Assembly (NCBI RefSeq): GCF_009914755.1
Contig: NC_060927.1
DNA: 64,000 bases
Origin: the human T2T-CHM13v2.0 reference genome, Homo sapiens
Strand: one strand, 5' to 3'
This document shows positions 26,401-41,400 of the stretch, in pieces; position 1 is the first letter of the stretch, and each line of letters starts with the position of its first letter. The position numbers and the translations under genes were made by a program. Under the pieces are notes generated by a model. That model was not told the origin of the DNA, did not search any database, and saw only the letters and a program-made list of their open reading frames with translations.

Positions 26401-29400
26401 CTTTTCTATCATTGGCCTCAAAGCGCTTGATACCTCCACCTGAAAATTCCACAAAAAGAGTGTTTCCAATCTACTCTGTCTAAAGGAACGTTCAACTCTG
26501 TGAGTTGAATACACACACACAGAAAGAATTCACTGAGAATTCTTCTGTCTGGCATTACATGAAGAAATCCCGTTTCCAACGAAGGCCTCAAAGAGGTCCA
26601 AATATCCACTTGCAGATTCTGCAAAAAGAGTGTTTCAAAACCGCTCCATTAAAAGGAATGTTGAACTCTGTGAGTTGAATGCAAACATCACAACTCAGTT
26701 TCTGAGAATGCTTCTGACTAGATTTTATGGTAAGATATTTCCTTTTCTACCGTAGGCTTCAATGTCCTCTAAATACACCCTTGCAAATTCTACAAAGAGA
26801 CTGTTTCATAACTGCTCTATAGGAAGAAAGGTTCAACTCTGTGAGTTGAATGCAGAGATCACAACGTGGTTTCTGCGAATGATTCTTTGTAGTTTTTACA
26901 TGAAGATATTTCGTTGTCAACCGTAGGCTTCAAAGCACTCAAAGTATTCACTTGGAACTTTTACAAAAAGAGTGTTAGAAAACTGCTCTTTCCAAAGTAA
27001 GGTTCAACTCTGTGAGTTGAATGCACACATAACAATCAAGAAGTTTCTGAGAATTCTTCTGTCCTGGTTTATATGAACAAATCCCGTTTCCAACGAAGGC
27101 CTCAAAGACGTTTAAATATCCACTTGCAGACTTCACAAACAGAGTGTTTCCAAACTGCTCTATGAAAAGAAAGGTTAAACTCTGTGAGTTGAACGCACAC
27201 ATCACAAAGTAGTTTCTGAGAATGATACTGTCTAGTTTTTATACGAAGATATTTCCTTTCTACCATTGGCGTCAAAGCGCTAGAATTCTCCACTTGCAAA
27301 TTCCACAAAAAGAGTGTTTCCAATCTGCTCTGTCTAAAGGAAGGTTCAACTCTGTGAGTTGAATACACACACACAAAGAAGCTACTGAGAATTCTTTTGT
27401 CAAGAATTATAAGAAGAAATCCCGTTTCCAACGAAGGCCTCAAAGAGTTCCAAATATCCACTTGCACACTGCACAAACTAAGTCTTTCCAAACTGCTCTA
27501 TGCAAAGAAATGTTCAACTCTGTGAGTTTAATACACACATCACAAAGCAGTTTCTGAGAATGATACTGTCTAGTTTTTATACGAAGATATTTCCTTTTGT
27601 ACCATTGGCCTCATACTGCTAGAATTTTCCACTTGCAAATTCCACAAAAAGAGTGTTTCCAATCCGCTCTGTCTAAAGGAAGGTTCAACTCTCTGATTTG
27701 AATACATACATCCCAAAAGAAGTTACTGAGAATTCTTCTGTCTAGCATTATGTGAAGAAATCCCGTTTCCAACGAAAGCCTCAAAGAGGTCCAAATATCC
27801 AGTTGCAGAATTTACAAACTGACTGTTTCCAAACTCATCTATGAAAAGAAAGGTTAAACTCTGGGAGTTGAATGCACATATCACAAAGTAGTTCCTGAGA
27901 ATGATTCTGTCTAGTTTTTATACGAAGATATTTCCTTTTCCACCAATGGCCTCAAAGTGCTTGAAATCTCCCCTTGCAAATTCCACAGACAAGTGTTTCA
28001 AATCTGCACTGTCTAAAGGAAGGTTCAACCCTGTGAGTTGAATACACACACACAGAAACAAATTCACTGAGAATTCTATTGTCTATCATTACACGAAGAA
28101 ATCCCGTTTACTACGAAGGCCTCAAAGAGGTCCAAATATCCAGCTGCAGACATTACAAACTGAGTGTTTCCAAAGTGCTCTATGAAAAGAAGTGTTAAAC
28201 ACTGTGAGTTCAATGCACACATCCCAAAGCAGTTTCTGAGAATGATTCCGTCTATTTTTTCTACGAAGATATTTCCTTTTCTACCGTTGGCCTCAAAGCG
28301 CTTGAAATCTCCACTTGCAAATTCCACAAAAAGAGAGTTTCAAATCTGCTCTGTCTAAAGGAAGGTTCAACTCTGTGAGTTGAATACACACCACAAAAAG
28401 AAGTTACTGAGAATTCTTCTGTCTAGCATTATACGAAAAATCCCATTTCCAACGAAGGCCACAAAGAGGTCCAAATATCCACTTGCAGATTCTGCAAAAA
28501 GAGTGTTTCCAAACTGCTCTATGAAAAGAAACGTTAAACTCTGTGAGTTGAACGCAAACATCACAAAGTAGTTTCTGAGAATGACTCCGTCTAGTTTTTA
28601 TACGAAGATATTTCCTTTCCTACCATTCACTTCAAAGCGCTTGAAGTCTCCCCCTGAAAATTCCACAAAAAGTGTTTCCAATCTGCTCCGCCTAAAGGAA
28701 GCTTCAACTCTGTGAGTTGAATACCCACAACCCAAAGAAGTTACTGAGAATTCTTCTGTCTAGCATTATATGAAGAAATCCCGTTTCCAACGAAGGCCTC
28801 AAATACATCCAAATATCCAGTTGCTGACTTTACAAACTGAGTGTTTCCAAACTGCTCTATGAAAAGAAAGGTTAAACACTGTGAGTTGAACACACACGTA
28901 CCAAAGTAGTTTCTGAGAATGATTCTGTCTAGTTTGCATACGAAGATATTTCCTTTTCTACCAGTGGCCTCAAAGCTCTGAAATCTCCACTTGCAAATTC
29001 CACAAAAAGAGAGTTTCAAATCTGCTGTTTCTAAAGGAAAGTTCAACTCTGAGAGTTGAATACACACCAGAAAAAGCAGTTACTGAGAAGTCTTCTGTCT
29101 AGCATTATATGAAGAAATCCCATTTCCAACGAAGACTTCAAAGAGGTCCAAATATCCACTTGCAGATTCTGCAAAAAGAGTGTTTCGAAACAACTGTATG
29201 AAAAGAAAGGTTAAACACTGTGAGTTGAACGCACACATTGCAAAGCAGTTTCTGAGAATGATTCCGTCTAATTATTATACGAAGGTATTTCCTTTTCTAT
29301 CATGGGCCTCAAAGCGCTTGATACCTCCACCTGAAAATTCCACAAAAAGAGTGTTTCCAATCTACTCTGTCTAAAGGAACGTTCAACTCTGTGAGTTGAA

Positions 29401-32400
29401 TACACACACACAGAAAGAATTCACTGAGAATTCTTCTGTCTGGCATTACATGAAGAAATCCCGTTTCCAACGAAGGCCTCAAAGAGGTCCAAATATCCAC
29501 TTGCAGATTCTGCAAAAAGAGTGTTTCAAAACCGCTCCATTAAAAGGAATGTTGAACTCTGTGAGTTGAATGCAAACATCACAACTCAGTTTCTGAGAAT
29601 GCTTCTGACTAGATTTTATGGTAAGATATTTCCTTTTCTACCGTAGGCTTCAATGCCCTCTAAATACACCCTTGCAAATTCTACAAAGAGACTGTTTCAT
29701 AACTGCTCTATAGGAAGAAAGGTTCAACTCTGTGAGTTGAATGCAGAGATCACAACGTGGTTTCTGCGAATGATTCTTTGTAGTTTTTACATGAAGATAT
29801 TTCGTTGTCAACCGTAGGCTTCAAAGCACTCAAAGTATTCACTTGGAACTTTTACAAAAAGAGTGTTAGAAAACTGCTCTTTCCAAAGTAAGGTTCAACT
29901 CTGTGAGTTGAATGCACACATAACAATCAAGAAGTTTCTGAGAATTCTTCTGTCCTGGTTTATATGAACAAATCCCGTTTCCAACGAAGGCCTCAAAGAC
30001 GTTTAAATATCCACTTGCAGACTTCACAAACAGAGTGTTTCCAAACTGCTCTATGAAAAGAAAGGTTAAACTCTGTGAGTTGAACGCACACATCACAAAG
30101 TAGTTTCTGAGAATGATACTGTCTAGTTTTTATACGAAGATATTTCCTTTCTACCATTGGCGTCAAAGCGCTAGAATTCTCCACTTGCAAATTCCACAAA
30201 AAGAGTGTTTCCAATCTGCTCTGTCTAAAGGAAGGTTCAACTCTGTGAGTTGAATACACACACACAAAGAAGCTACTGAGAATTCTTTTGTCAAGAATTA
30301 TAAGAAGAAATCCCGTTTCCAACGAAGGCCTCAAAGAGTTCCAAATATCCACTTGCACACTGCACAAACTAAGTCTTTCCAAACTGCTCTATGCAAAGAA
30401 ATGTTCAACTCTGTGAGTTTAATACACACATCACAAAGCAGTTTCTGAGAATGATACTGTCTAGTTTTTATACGAAGATATTTCCTTTTGTACCATTGGC
30501 CTCATACTGCTAGAATTTTCCACTTGCAAATTCCACAAAAAGAGTGTTTCCAATCCGCTCTGTCTAAAGGAAGGTTCAACTCTCTGATTTGAATACATAC
30601 ATCCCAAAAGAAGTTACTGAGAATTCTTCTGTCTAGCATTATGTGAAGAAATCCCGTTTCCAACGAAAGCCTCAAAGAGGTCCAAATATCCAGTTGCAGA
30701 ATTTACAAACTGACTGTTTCCAAACTCATCTATGAAAAGAAAGGTTAAACTCTGGGAGTTGAATGCACATATCACAAAGTAGTTCCTGAGAATGATTCTG
30801 TCTAGTTTTTATACGAAGATATTTCCTTTTCCACCAATGGCCTCAAAGTGCCTGAAATCTCCCCTTGCAAATTCCACAGACAAGTGTTTCAAATCTGCAC
30901 AGTCTAAAGGAAGGTTCAACCCTGTGAGTTGAATACACACACACAGAAAAAAATTCACTGAGAATTCTATTGTCTATCATTACACGAAGAAATCCCGTTT
31001 ACTACGAAGGCCTCAAAGTGGTCCAAATATCCAGCTGCAGACATTACAAACTGAGTGTTTCCAAAGTGCTCTATGAAAAGAAGTGTTAAACACTGTGAGT
31101 TCAATGCACACATCCCAAAGCAGTTTCTGAGAATGATTCCGTCTATTTTTTCTACGAAGATATTTCCTTTTCTGCCGTTGGCCTCAAAGCGCTTGAAATC
31201 TCCACTTGCAAATTCCACAAAAAGAGAGTTTCAAATCTGCTCTGTCTAAAGGAAGGTTCAACTCTGTGAGTTGAATACACACCACAAAAAGAAGTTACTG
31301 AGAATTCTTCTGTCTAGCATTATATGAAAAATCCCGTTTCCAACGAAGGCCACAAAGAGGTCCAAATATCCACTTGCAGATTCTGCAAAAAGAGTGTTTC
31401 CAAACTGCTCTATGAAAAGAAACGTTAAACTCTGTGAGTTGAGCGCAAACATCACAAAGTAGTTTCTGAGAATGACTCCGTCTAGTTTTTATACGAAGAT
31501 ATTTCCTTTCCTACCATTCACTTCAAAGCGCTTGAAGTCTCCCCCTGAAAATTCCACAAAAAGTGTTTCCAATCTGCTCCGCCTAAAGGAAGCTTCAACT
31601 CTGTGACTTGAATACCCACAACCCAAAGAAGTTACTGAGAATTCTTCTGTCTAGCATTATATGAAGAAATCCCGTTTCCAACGAAGGCCTCAAATACATC
31701 CAAATATCCAGTTGCTGACTTTACAAACTGAGTGTTTCCAAACTGCTCTATGAAAAGAAAGGTTAAACACTGTGAGTTGAACACACACGTACCAAAGTAG
31801 TTTCTGAGAATGATTCTGTCTAGTTTGCATACGAAGATATTTCCTTTTCTACCATTGGCCTCAAAGCTCTGAAATCTCCACTTGCAAATTCCACAAAAAG
31901 AGAGTTTCAAATCTGCTGTTTCTAAAGGAAAGTTCAACTCTGAGAGTTGAATACACACCAGAAAAAGCAGTTACTGAGAAGTCTTGTGTCTAGCATTATA
32001 TGAAGAAATCCCATTTCCAATGAAGACTTCAAAGAGGTCCAAATATCCACTTGCAGATTCTGCAAAAAGAGTGTTTCGAAACAACTGTATGAAAAGAAAG
32101 GTTAAACACTGTGAGTTGAACGCACACATTGCAAAGCAGTTTCTGAGAATGATTCCGTCTAATTATTATACGAAGGTATTTCCTTTTCTATCATTGGCCT
32201 CAAAGCGCTTGATACCTCCACCTGAAAATTCCACAAAAAGAGTGTTTCCAATCTACTCTGTCTAAAGGAATGTTCAACTCTGTGAGTTGAATACACACAC
32301 ACAGAAAGAATTCACTGAGAATTCTTCTGTCTGGTATTACATGAAGAAATCCCGTTTCCAACGAAGGCCTCAAAGAGGTCCAAATATCCACTTGCAGATT

Positions 32401-35400
32401 CTGCAAAAAGAGTGTTTCAAAACCGCTCCATTAAAAGGAATGTTGAACTCTGTGAGTTGAATGCAAACATCACAACTCAGTTTCTGAGAATGCTTCTGAC
32501 TAGATTTTATGGTAAGATATTTCCTTTTCTACCGTAGGCTTCAATGTCCTCTAAATACACCCTTGCAAATTCTACAAAGAGACTGTTTCATAACTGCTCT
32601 ATACGAAGAAAGGTTCAACTCTGTGAGTTGAATGCAGAGATCACAACGTGGTTTCTGCGAATGATTCTTTGTAGTTTTTACATGAAGATATTTCGTTGTC
32701 AACCGTAGGCTTCAAAGCACTCAAAGTATTCACTTGGAACTTTTACAAAAAGAGTGTTAGAAAACTGCTCTTTCCAAAGTAAGGTTCAACTCTGTGAGTT
32801 GAATGCACACATAACAATCAAGAAGTTTCTGAGAATTCTTCTGTCCTGGTTTATATGAACAAATCCCGTTTCCAACGAAGGCCTCAAAGACGTTTAAATA
32901 TCCACTTGCAGACTTCACAAACAGAGTGTTTCCAAACTGCTCTATGAAAAGAAAGGTTAAACTCTGTGAGTTGAACGCACACATCACAAAGTAGTTTCTG
33001 AGAATGATACTGTCTAGTTTTTATACGAAGATATTTCCTTTCTACCATTGGCGTCAAAGCGCTAGAATTCTCCACTTGCAAATTCCACTAAAAGAGTGTT
33101 TCCAATCTGCTCTGTCTAAAGGAAGGTTCAACTCTGTGAGTTGAATACACACACACAAAGAAGCTACTGAGAATTATTTTGTCAAGAATTATAAGAAGAA
33201 ATCCCGTTTCCAACGAAGGCCTCAAAGAGTTCCAAATATCCACTTGCACACTGCACCAACTAAGTCTTTCCAAACTGCTCTATGCAAAGAAATGTTCAAC
33301 TCTGTGAGTTTAATACACACATCACAAAGCAGTTTCTGAGAATGATACTGTCTAGTTTTTATACGAAGATATTTCCTTTTGTACCATTGGTCTCATACTG
33401 CTAGAATTTTCCACTTGCAAATTCCACAAAAAGAGTGTTTCCAATCCGCTCTGTCTAAAGGAAGGTTCAACTCTCTGATTTGAATACATACATCCCAAAA
33501 GAAGTTACTGAGAATTCTTCTGTCTAGCATTATGTGAAGAAATCCCGTTTCCAACGAAAGCCTCAAAGAGGTCCAAATATCCAGTTGCAGAATTTACAAA
33601 CTGACTGTTTCCAAACTCATCTATGAAAAGAAAGGTTAAACTCTGGGAGTTGAATGCACATATCACAAAGTAGTTCCTGAGAATGATTCTGTCTAGTTTT
33701 TATACGAAGATATTTCCTTTTCCACCAATGGCCTCAAAGTGCTTGAAATCTCCCCTTGCAAATTCCACAGACAAGTGTTTCAAATCTGCACTGTCTAAAG
33801 GAAGGTTCAACCCTGTGAGTTGAATACACACACACAGAAAAAAATTCACTGAGAATTCTATTGTCTATCATTACACGAAGAAATCCCGTTTACTACGAAG
33901 GCCTCAAAGAGGTCCAAATATCCAGCTGCAGACATTACAAACTGAGTGTTTCCAAAGTGCTCTATGAAAAGAAGTGTTAAACACTGTGAGTTCAATGCAC
34001 ACATCCCAAAGCAGTTTCTGAGAATGAATCCGTCTATTTTTTCTACGAAGATATTTCCTTTTCTGCCGTTGGCCTCAAAGCGCTTGAAATCTCCACTTGC
34101 AAATTCCACAAAAAGAGAGTTTCAAATCTGCTCTGTCTAAAGGAAGGTTCAACTCTGTGAGTTGAATACACACCACAAAAAGAAGTTACTGAGAATTCTT
34201 CTGTCTAGCATTATATGAAAAATCCCGTTTCCAACGAAGGCCACAAAGAGGTCCAAATATCCACTTGCAGATTCTGCAAAAAGAGTGTTTCCAAACTGCT
34301 CTATGAAAAGAAACGTTAAACTCTGTGAGTTGAACGCAAACATCACAAAGTAGTTTCTGAGAATGACTCCGTCTAGTTTTTATACGAAGATATTTCCTTT
34401 CCTACCATTCACTTCAAAGCGCTTGAAGTCTCCCCCTGAAAATTCCACAAAAAGTGTTTCCAATATGCTCCGCCTAAAGGAAGCTTCAACTCTGTGAGTT
34501 GAATACCCACAGCCCAAAGAAGTTACTGAGAATTCTTCTGTCTAGCATTATATGAAGAAATCCCGTTTCCAACGAAGGCCTCAAATACATCCAAATATCC
34601 AGTTGCTGACTTTACAAACTAAGTGTTTCCAAACTGCTCTATGAAAAGAAAGGTTAAACACTGTGAGTTGAACACACACGTACCAAAGTAGTTTCTGAGA
34701 ATGATTCTGTCTAGTTTGCATACGAAGATATTTCCTTTTCTACCATTGGCCTCAAAGCTCTGAAATCTCCACTTGCAAATTCCACAAAAAGAGAGTTTCA
34801 AATCTGCTGTTTCTAAAGGAAAGTTCAACTCTGAGAGTTGAATACACACCAGAAAAAGCAGTTACTGAGAAGTCTTCTGTCTAGCATTATATGAAGAAAT
34901 CCCATTTCCAACGAAGACTTCAAAGAGGTCCAAATATCCACTTGCAGATTCTGCAAAAAGAGTGTTTCGAAACAACTGTATGAAAAGAAAGGTTAAACAC
35001 TGTGAGTTGAACGCACACATTGCAAAGCAGTTTCTGAGAATGATTCCGTCTAATTATTATACGAAGGTATTTCCTTTTCTATCATTGGCCTCAAAGCGCT
35101 TGATACCTCCACCTGAAAATTCCACAAAAAGAGTGTTTCCAATCTACTCTGTCTAAAGGAACGTTCAACTCTGTGAGTTGAATACACACACACAGAAAGA
35201 ATTCACTGAGAATTCTTCTGTCTGGCATTACATGAAGAAATCCCGTTTCCAACGAAGGCCTCAAAGAGGTCCAAATATCCACTTGCAGATTCTGCAAAAA
35301 GAGTGTTTCAAAACCGCTCCATTAAAAGGAATGTTGAACTCTGTGAGTTGAATGCAAACATCACAACTCAGTTTCTGAGAATGCTTCTGACTAGATTTTA

Positions 35401-38400
35401 TGGTAAGATATTTCCTTTTCTACCGTAGGCTTCAATGCCCTCTAAATACACCCTTGCAAATTCTACAAAGAGACTGTTTCATAACTGCTCTATAGGAAGA
35501 AAGGTTCAACTCTGTGAGTTGAATGCAGAGATCACAACGTGGTTTCTGCGAATGATTCTTTGTAGTTTTTACATGAAGATATTTCGTTGTCAACCGTAGG
35601 CTTCAAAGCACTCAAAGTATTCACTTGGAACTTTTACAAAAAGAGTGTTAGAAAACTGCTCTTTCCAAAGTAAGGTTCAACTCTGTGAGTTGAATGCACA
35701 CATAACAATCAAGAAGTTTCTGAGAATTCTTCTGTCCTGGTTTATATGAACAAATCCCGTTTCCAACGAAGGCCTCAAAGACGTTTAAATATCCACTTGC
35801 AGACTTCACAAACAGAGTGTTTCCAAACTGCTCTATGAAAAGAAAGGTTAAACTCTGTGAGTTGAACGCACACATCACAAAGTAGTTTCTGAGAATGATA
35901 CTGTCTAGTTATTATACGAAGATATTTCCTTTCTACCATTGGCGTCAAAGCGCTAGAATTCTCCACTTGCAAATTCCACAAAAAGAGTGTTTCCAATCTG
36001 CTCTGTCTAAAGGAAGGTTCAACTCTGTGAGTTGAATACACACACACAAAGAAGCTACTGAGAATTCTTTTGTCAAGAATTATAAGAAGAAATCCCGTTT
36101 CCAACGAAGGCCTCAAAGAGTTCCAAATATCCACTTGCACACTGCACAAACTAAGTCTTTCCAAACTGCTCTATGCAAAGAAATGTTCAACTCTGTGAGT
36201 TTAATACACACATCACAAAGCAGTTTCTGAGAATGATACTGTCTAGTTTTTATACGAAGATATTTCCTTTTGTACCATTGGCCTCATACTGCTAGAATTT
36301 TCCACTTGCAAATTCCACAAAAAGAGTGTTTCCAATCCGCTCTGTCTAAAGGAAGGTTCAACTCTCTGATTTGAATACATACATCCCAAAAGAAGTTACT
36401 GAGAATTCTTCTGTCTAGCATTATGTGAAGAAATCCCGTTTCCAACGAAAGCCTCAAAGAGGTCCAAATATCCAGTTGCAGAATTTACAAACTGACTGTT
36501 TCCAAACTCATCTATGAAAAGAAAGGTTAAACTCTGTGAGTTGAATGCACATATCACAAAGTAGTTCCTGAGAATGATTCTGTCTAGTTTTTATACGAAG
36601 ATATTTCCTTTTCCACCAATGGCCTCAAAGTGCTTGAAATCTCCCCTTGCAAATTCCACAGACAAGTGTTTCAAATCTGCACTGTCTAAAGGAAGGTTCA
36701 ACCCTGTGAGTTGAATACACACACACAGAAAAAAATTCACTGAGAATTCTATTGTCTATCATTACACGAAGAAATCCCGTTTACTACGAAGGCCTCAAAG
36801 AGGTCCAAATATCCAGCTGCAGACATTACAAACTGAGTGTTTCCAAAGTGCTCTATGAAAAGAAGTGTTAAACACTGTGAGTTCAATGCACACATCCCAA
36901 AGCAGTTTCTGAGAATGATTCCGTCTATTTTTTCTACGAAGATATTTCCTTTTCTGCCGTTGGCCTCAAAGCGCTTGAAATCTCCACTTGCAAATTCCAT
37001 GAAAAGAGAGTTTCAAATCTGCTCTGTCTAAAGGAAGGTTCAACTCTGTGAGTTGAATACACACCACAAAAAGAAGTTACTGAGAATTCTTCTGTCTAGC
37101 ATTATATGAAAAATCCCGTTTCCAACGAAGGCCACAAAGAGGTCCAAATATCCACTTGCAGATTCTGCAAAAAGAGTGTTTCCAAACTGCTCTATGAAAA
37201 GAAACGTTAAACTCTGTGAGTTGAACGCAAACATCACAAAGTAGTTTCTGAGAATGACTCCGTCTAGTTTTTATACGAAGATATTTCCTTTCCTACCATT
37301 CACTTCAAAGCGCTTGAAGTCTCCCCCTGAAAATTCCACAAAAAGTGTTTCCAATCTGCTCCGCCTAAAGGAAGCTTCAACTCTGTGAGTTGAATACCCA
37401 CAACCCAAAGAAGTTACTGAGAATTCTTCTGTCTAGCATTATATGAAGAAATCCCGTTTCCAACGAAGGCCTCAAATACATCCAAATATCCAGTTGCTGA
37501 CTTTACAAACTGAGTGTTTCCAAACTGCTCTATGAAAAGAAAGGTTAAACACTGTGAGTTGAACACACACGTACCAAAGTAGTTTCTGAGAATGATTCTG
37601 TCTAGTTTGCATACGAAGATATTTCCTTTTCTACCATTGGCCTCAAAGCTCTGAAATCTCCACTTGCAAATTCCACAAAAAGAGAGTTTCAAATCTGCTG
37701 TTTCTAAAGGAAAGTTCAACTCTGAGAGTTGAATACACACCAGAAAAAGCAGTTACTGAGAAGTCTTCTGTCTAGCATTATATGAAGAAATCCCATTTCC
37801 AACGAAGACTTCAAAGAGGTCCAAATATCCACTTGCAGATTCTGCAAAAAGAGTGTTTCGAAACAACTGTATGAAAAGAAAGGTTAAACACTGTGAGTTG
37901 AACGCACACATTGCAAAGCAGTTTCTGAGAATGATTCCGTCTAATTATTATACGAAGGTATTTCCTTTTCTATCATTGGCCTCAAAGCGCTTGATACCTC
38001 CACCTGAAAATTCCACAAAAAGAGTGTTTCCAATCTACTCTGTCTAAAGGAACGTTCAACTCTGTGAGTTGAATACACACACACAGAAAGAATTCACTGA
38101 GAATTCTTCTGTCTGGCATTACATGAAGAAATCCCGTTTCCAACGAAGGCCTCAAAGAGGTCCAAATATCCACTTGCAGATTCTGCAAAAAGAGTGTTTC
38201 AAAACCGCTCCATTAAAAGGAATGTTGAACTCTGTGAGTTGAATGCAAACATCACAACTCAGTTTCTGAGAATGCTTCTGACTAGATTTTATGGTAAGAT
38301 ATTTCCTTTTCTACCGTAGGCTTCAATGCCCTCTAAATACACCCTTGCAAATTCTACAAAGAGACTGTTTCATAACTGCTCTATAGGAAGAAAGGTTCAA

Positions 38401-41400
38401 CTCTGTGAGTTGAATGCAGAGATCACAACGTGGTTTCTGCGAATGATTCTTTGTAGTTTTTACATGAAGATATTTCGTTGTCAACCGTAGGCTTCAAAGC
38501 ACTCAAAGTATTCACTTGGAACTTTTACAAAAAGAGTGTTAGAAAACTGCTCTTTCCAAAGTAAGGTTCAACTCTGTGAGTTGAATGCACACATAACAAT
38601 CAAGAAGTTTCTGAGAATTCTTCTGTCCTGGTTTATATGAACAAATCCCGTTTCCAACGAAGGCCTCAAAGACGTTTAAATATCCACTTGCAGACTTCAC
38701 AAACAGAGTGTTTCCAAACTGCTCTATGAAAAGAAAGGTTAAACTCTGTGAGTTGAACGCACACATCACAAAGTAGTTTCTGAGAATGATACTGTCTAGT
38801 TATTATACGAAGATATTTCCTTTCTACCATTGGCGTCAAAGCGCTAGAATTCTCCACTTGCAAATTCCACAAAAAGAGTGTTTCCAATCTGCTCTGTCTA
38901 AAGGAAGGTTCAACTCTGTGAGTTGAATACACACACACAAAGAAGCTACTGAGAATTCTTTTGTCAAGAATTATAAGAAGAAATCCCGTTTCCAACGAAG
39001 GCCTCAAAGAGTTCCAAATATCCACTTGCACACTGCACAAACTAAGTCTTTCCAAACTGCTCTATGCAAAGAAATGTTCAACTCTGTGAGTTTAATACAC
39101 ACATCACAAAGCAGTTTCTGAGAATGATACTGTCTAGTTTTTATACGAAGATATTTCCTTTTGTACCATTGGCCTCATACTGCTAGAATTTTCCACTTGC
39201 AAATTCCACAAAAAGAGTGTTTCCAATCCGCTCTGTCTAAAGGAAGGTTCAACTCTCTGATTTGAATACATACATCCCAAAAGAAGTTACTGAGAATTCT
39301 TCTGTCTAGCATTATGTGAAGAAATCCCGTTTCCAACGAAAGCCTCAAAGAGGTCCAAATATCCAGTTGCAGAATTTACAAACTGACTGTTTCCAAACTC
39401 ATCTATGAAAAGAAAGGTTAAACTCTGTGAGTTGAATGCACATATCACAAAGTAGTTCCTGAGAATGATTCTGTCTAGTTTTTATACGAAGATATTTCCT
39501 TTTCCACCAATGGCCTCAAAGTGCTTGAAATCTCCCCTTGCAAATTCCACAGACAAGTGTTTCAAATCTGCACTGTCTAAAGGAAGGTTCAACCCTGTGA
39601 GTTGAATACACACACACAGAAAAAAATTCACTGAGAATTCTATTGTCTATCATTACACGAAGAAATCCCGTTTACTACGAAGGCCTCAAAGAGGTCCAAA
39701 TATCCAGCTGCAGACATTACAAACTGAGTGTTTCCAAAGTGCTCTATGAAAAGAAGTGTTAAACACTGTGAGTTCAATGCACACATCCCAAAGCAGTTTC
39801 TGAGAATGATTCCGTCTATTTTTTCTACGAAGATATTTCCTTTTCTGCCGTTGGCCTCAAAGCGCTTGAAATCTCCACTTGCAAATTCCACGAAAAGAGA
39901 GTTTCAAATCTGCTCTGTCTAAAGGAAGGTTCAACTCTGTGAGTTGAATACACACCACAAAAAGAAGTTACTGAGAATTCTTCTGTCTAGCATTATATGA
40001 AAAATCCCGTTTCCAACGAAGGCCACAAAGAGGTCCAAATATCCACTTGCAGATTCTGCAAAAAGAGTGTTTCCAAACTGCTCTATGAAAAGAAACGTTA
40101 AACTCTGTGAGTTGAACGCAAACATCACAAAGTAGTTTCTGAGAATGACTCCGTCTAGTTTTTATACGAAGATATTTCCTTTCCTACCATTCACTTCAAA
40201 GCGCTTGAAGTCTCCCCCTGAAAATTCCACAAAAAGTGTTTCCAATCTGCTCCGCCTAAAGGAAGCTTCAACTCTGTGAGTTGAATACCCACAACCCAAA
40301 GAAGTTACTGAGAATTCTTCTGTCTAGCATTATATGAAGAAATCCCGTTTCCAACGAAGGCCTCAAATACATCCAAATATCCAGTTGCTGACTTTACAAA
40401 CTGAGTGTTTCCAAACTGCTCTATGAAAAGAAAGGTTAAACACTGTGAGTTGAACACACACGTACCAAAGTAGTTTCTGAGAATGATTCTGTCTAGTTTG
40501 CATACGAAGATATTTCCTTTTCTACCAGTGGCCTCAAAGCTCTGAAATCTCCACTTGCAAATTCCACAAAAAGAGAGTTTCAAATCTGCTGTTTCTAAAG
40601 GAAAGTTCAACTCTGAGAGTTGAATACACACCAGAAAAAGCAGTTACTGAGAAGTCTTCTGTCTAGCATTATATGAAGAAATCCCATTTCCAACGAAGAC
40701 TTCAAAGAGGTCCAAATATCCACTTGCAGATTCTGCAAAAAGAGTGTTTCGAAACAACTGTATGAAAAGAAAGGTTAAACACTGTGAGTTGAACGCACAC
40801 ATTGCAAAGCAGTTTCTGAGAATGATTCCGTCTAATTATTATACGAAGGTATTTCCTTTTCTATCATTGGCCTCAAAGCGCTTGATACCTCCACCTGAAA
40901 ATTCCACAAAAAGAGTGTTTCCAATCTACTCTGTCTAAAGGAACGTTCAACTCTGTGAGTTGAATACACACACACAGAAAGAATTCACTGAGAATTCTTC
41001 TGTCTGGCATTACATGAAGAAATCCCGTTTCCAACGAAGGCCTCAAAGAGGTCCAAATATCCACTTGCAGATTCTGCAAAAAGAGTGTTTCAAAACCGCT
41101 CCATTAAAAGGAATGTTGAACTCTGTGAGTTGAATGCAAACATCACAACTCAGTTTCTGAGAATGCTTCTGACTAGATTTTATGGTAAGATATTTCCTTT
41201 TCTACTGTAGGCTTCAATGCCCTCTAAATACACCCTTGCAAATTCTACAAAGAGACTGTTTCATAACTGCTCTATAGGAAGAAAGGTTCAACTCTGTGAG
41301 TTGAATGCAGAGATCACAACGTGGTTTCTGCGAATGATTCTTTGTAGTTTTTACATGAAGATATTTCGTTGTCAACCGTAGGCTTCAAAGCACTCAAAGT

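Noticed and set aside
7824-31608. Isolated shared SNVs H3/H10 (AGAAACAAATT) and H5/H11 (GTGACTTG)
   Set aside because: These are single sites without linked markers, so recurrent mutation cannot be distinguished from conversion.
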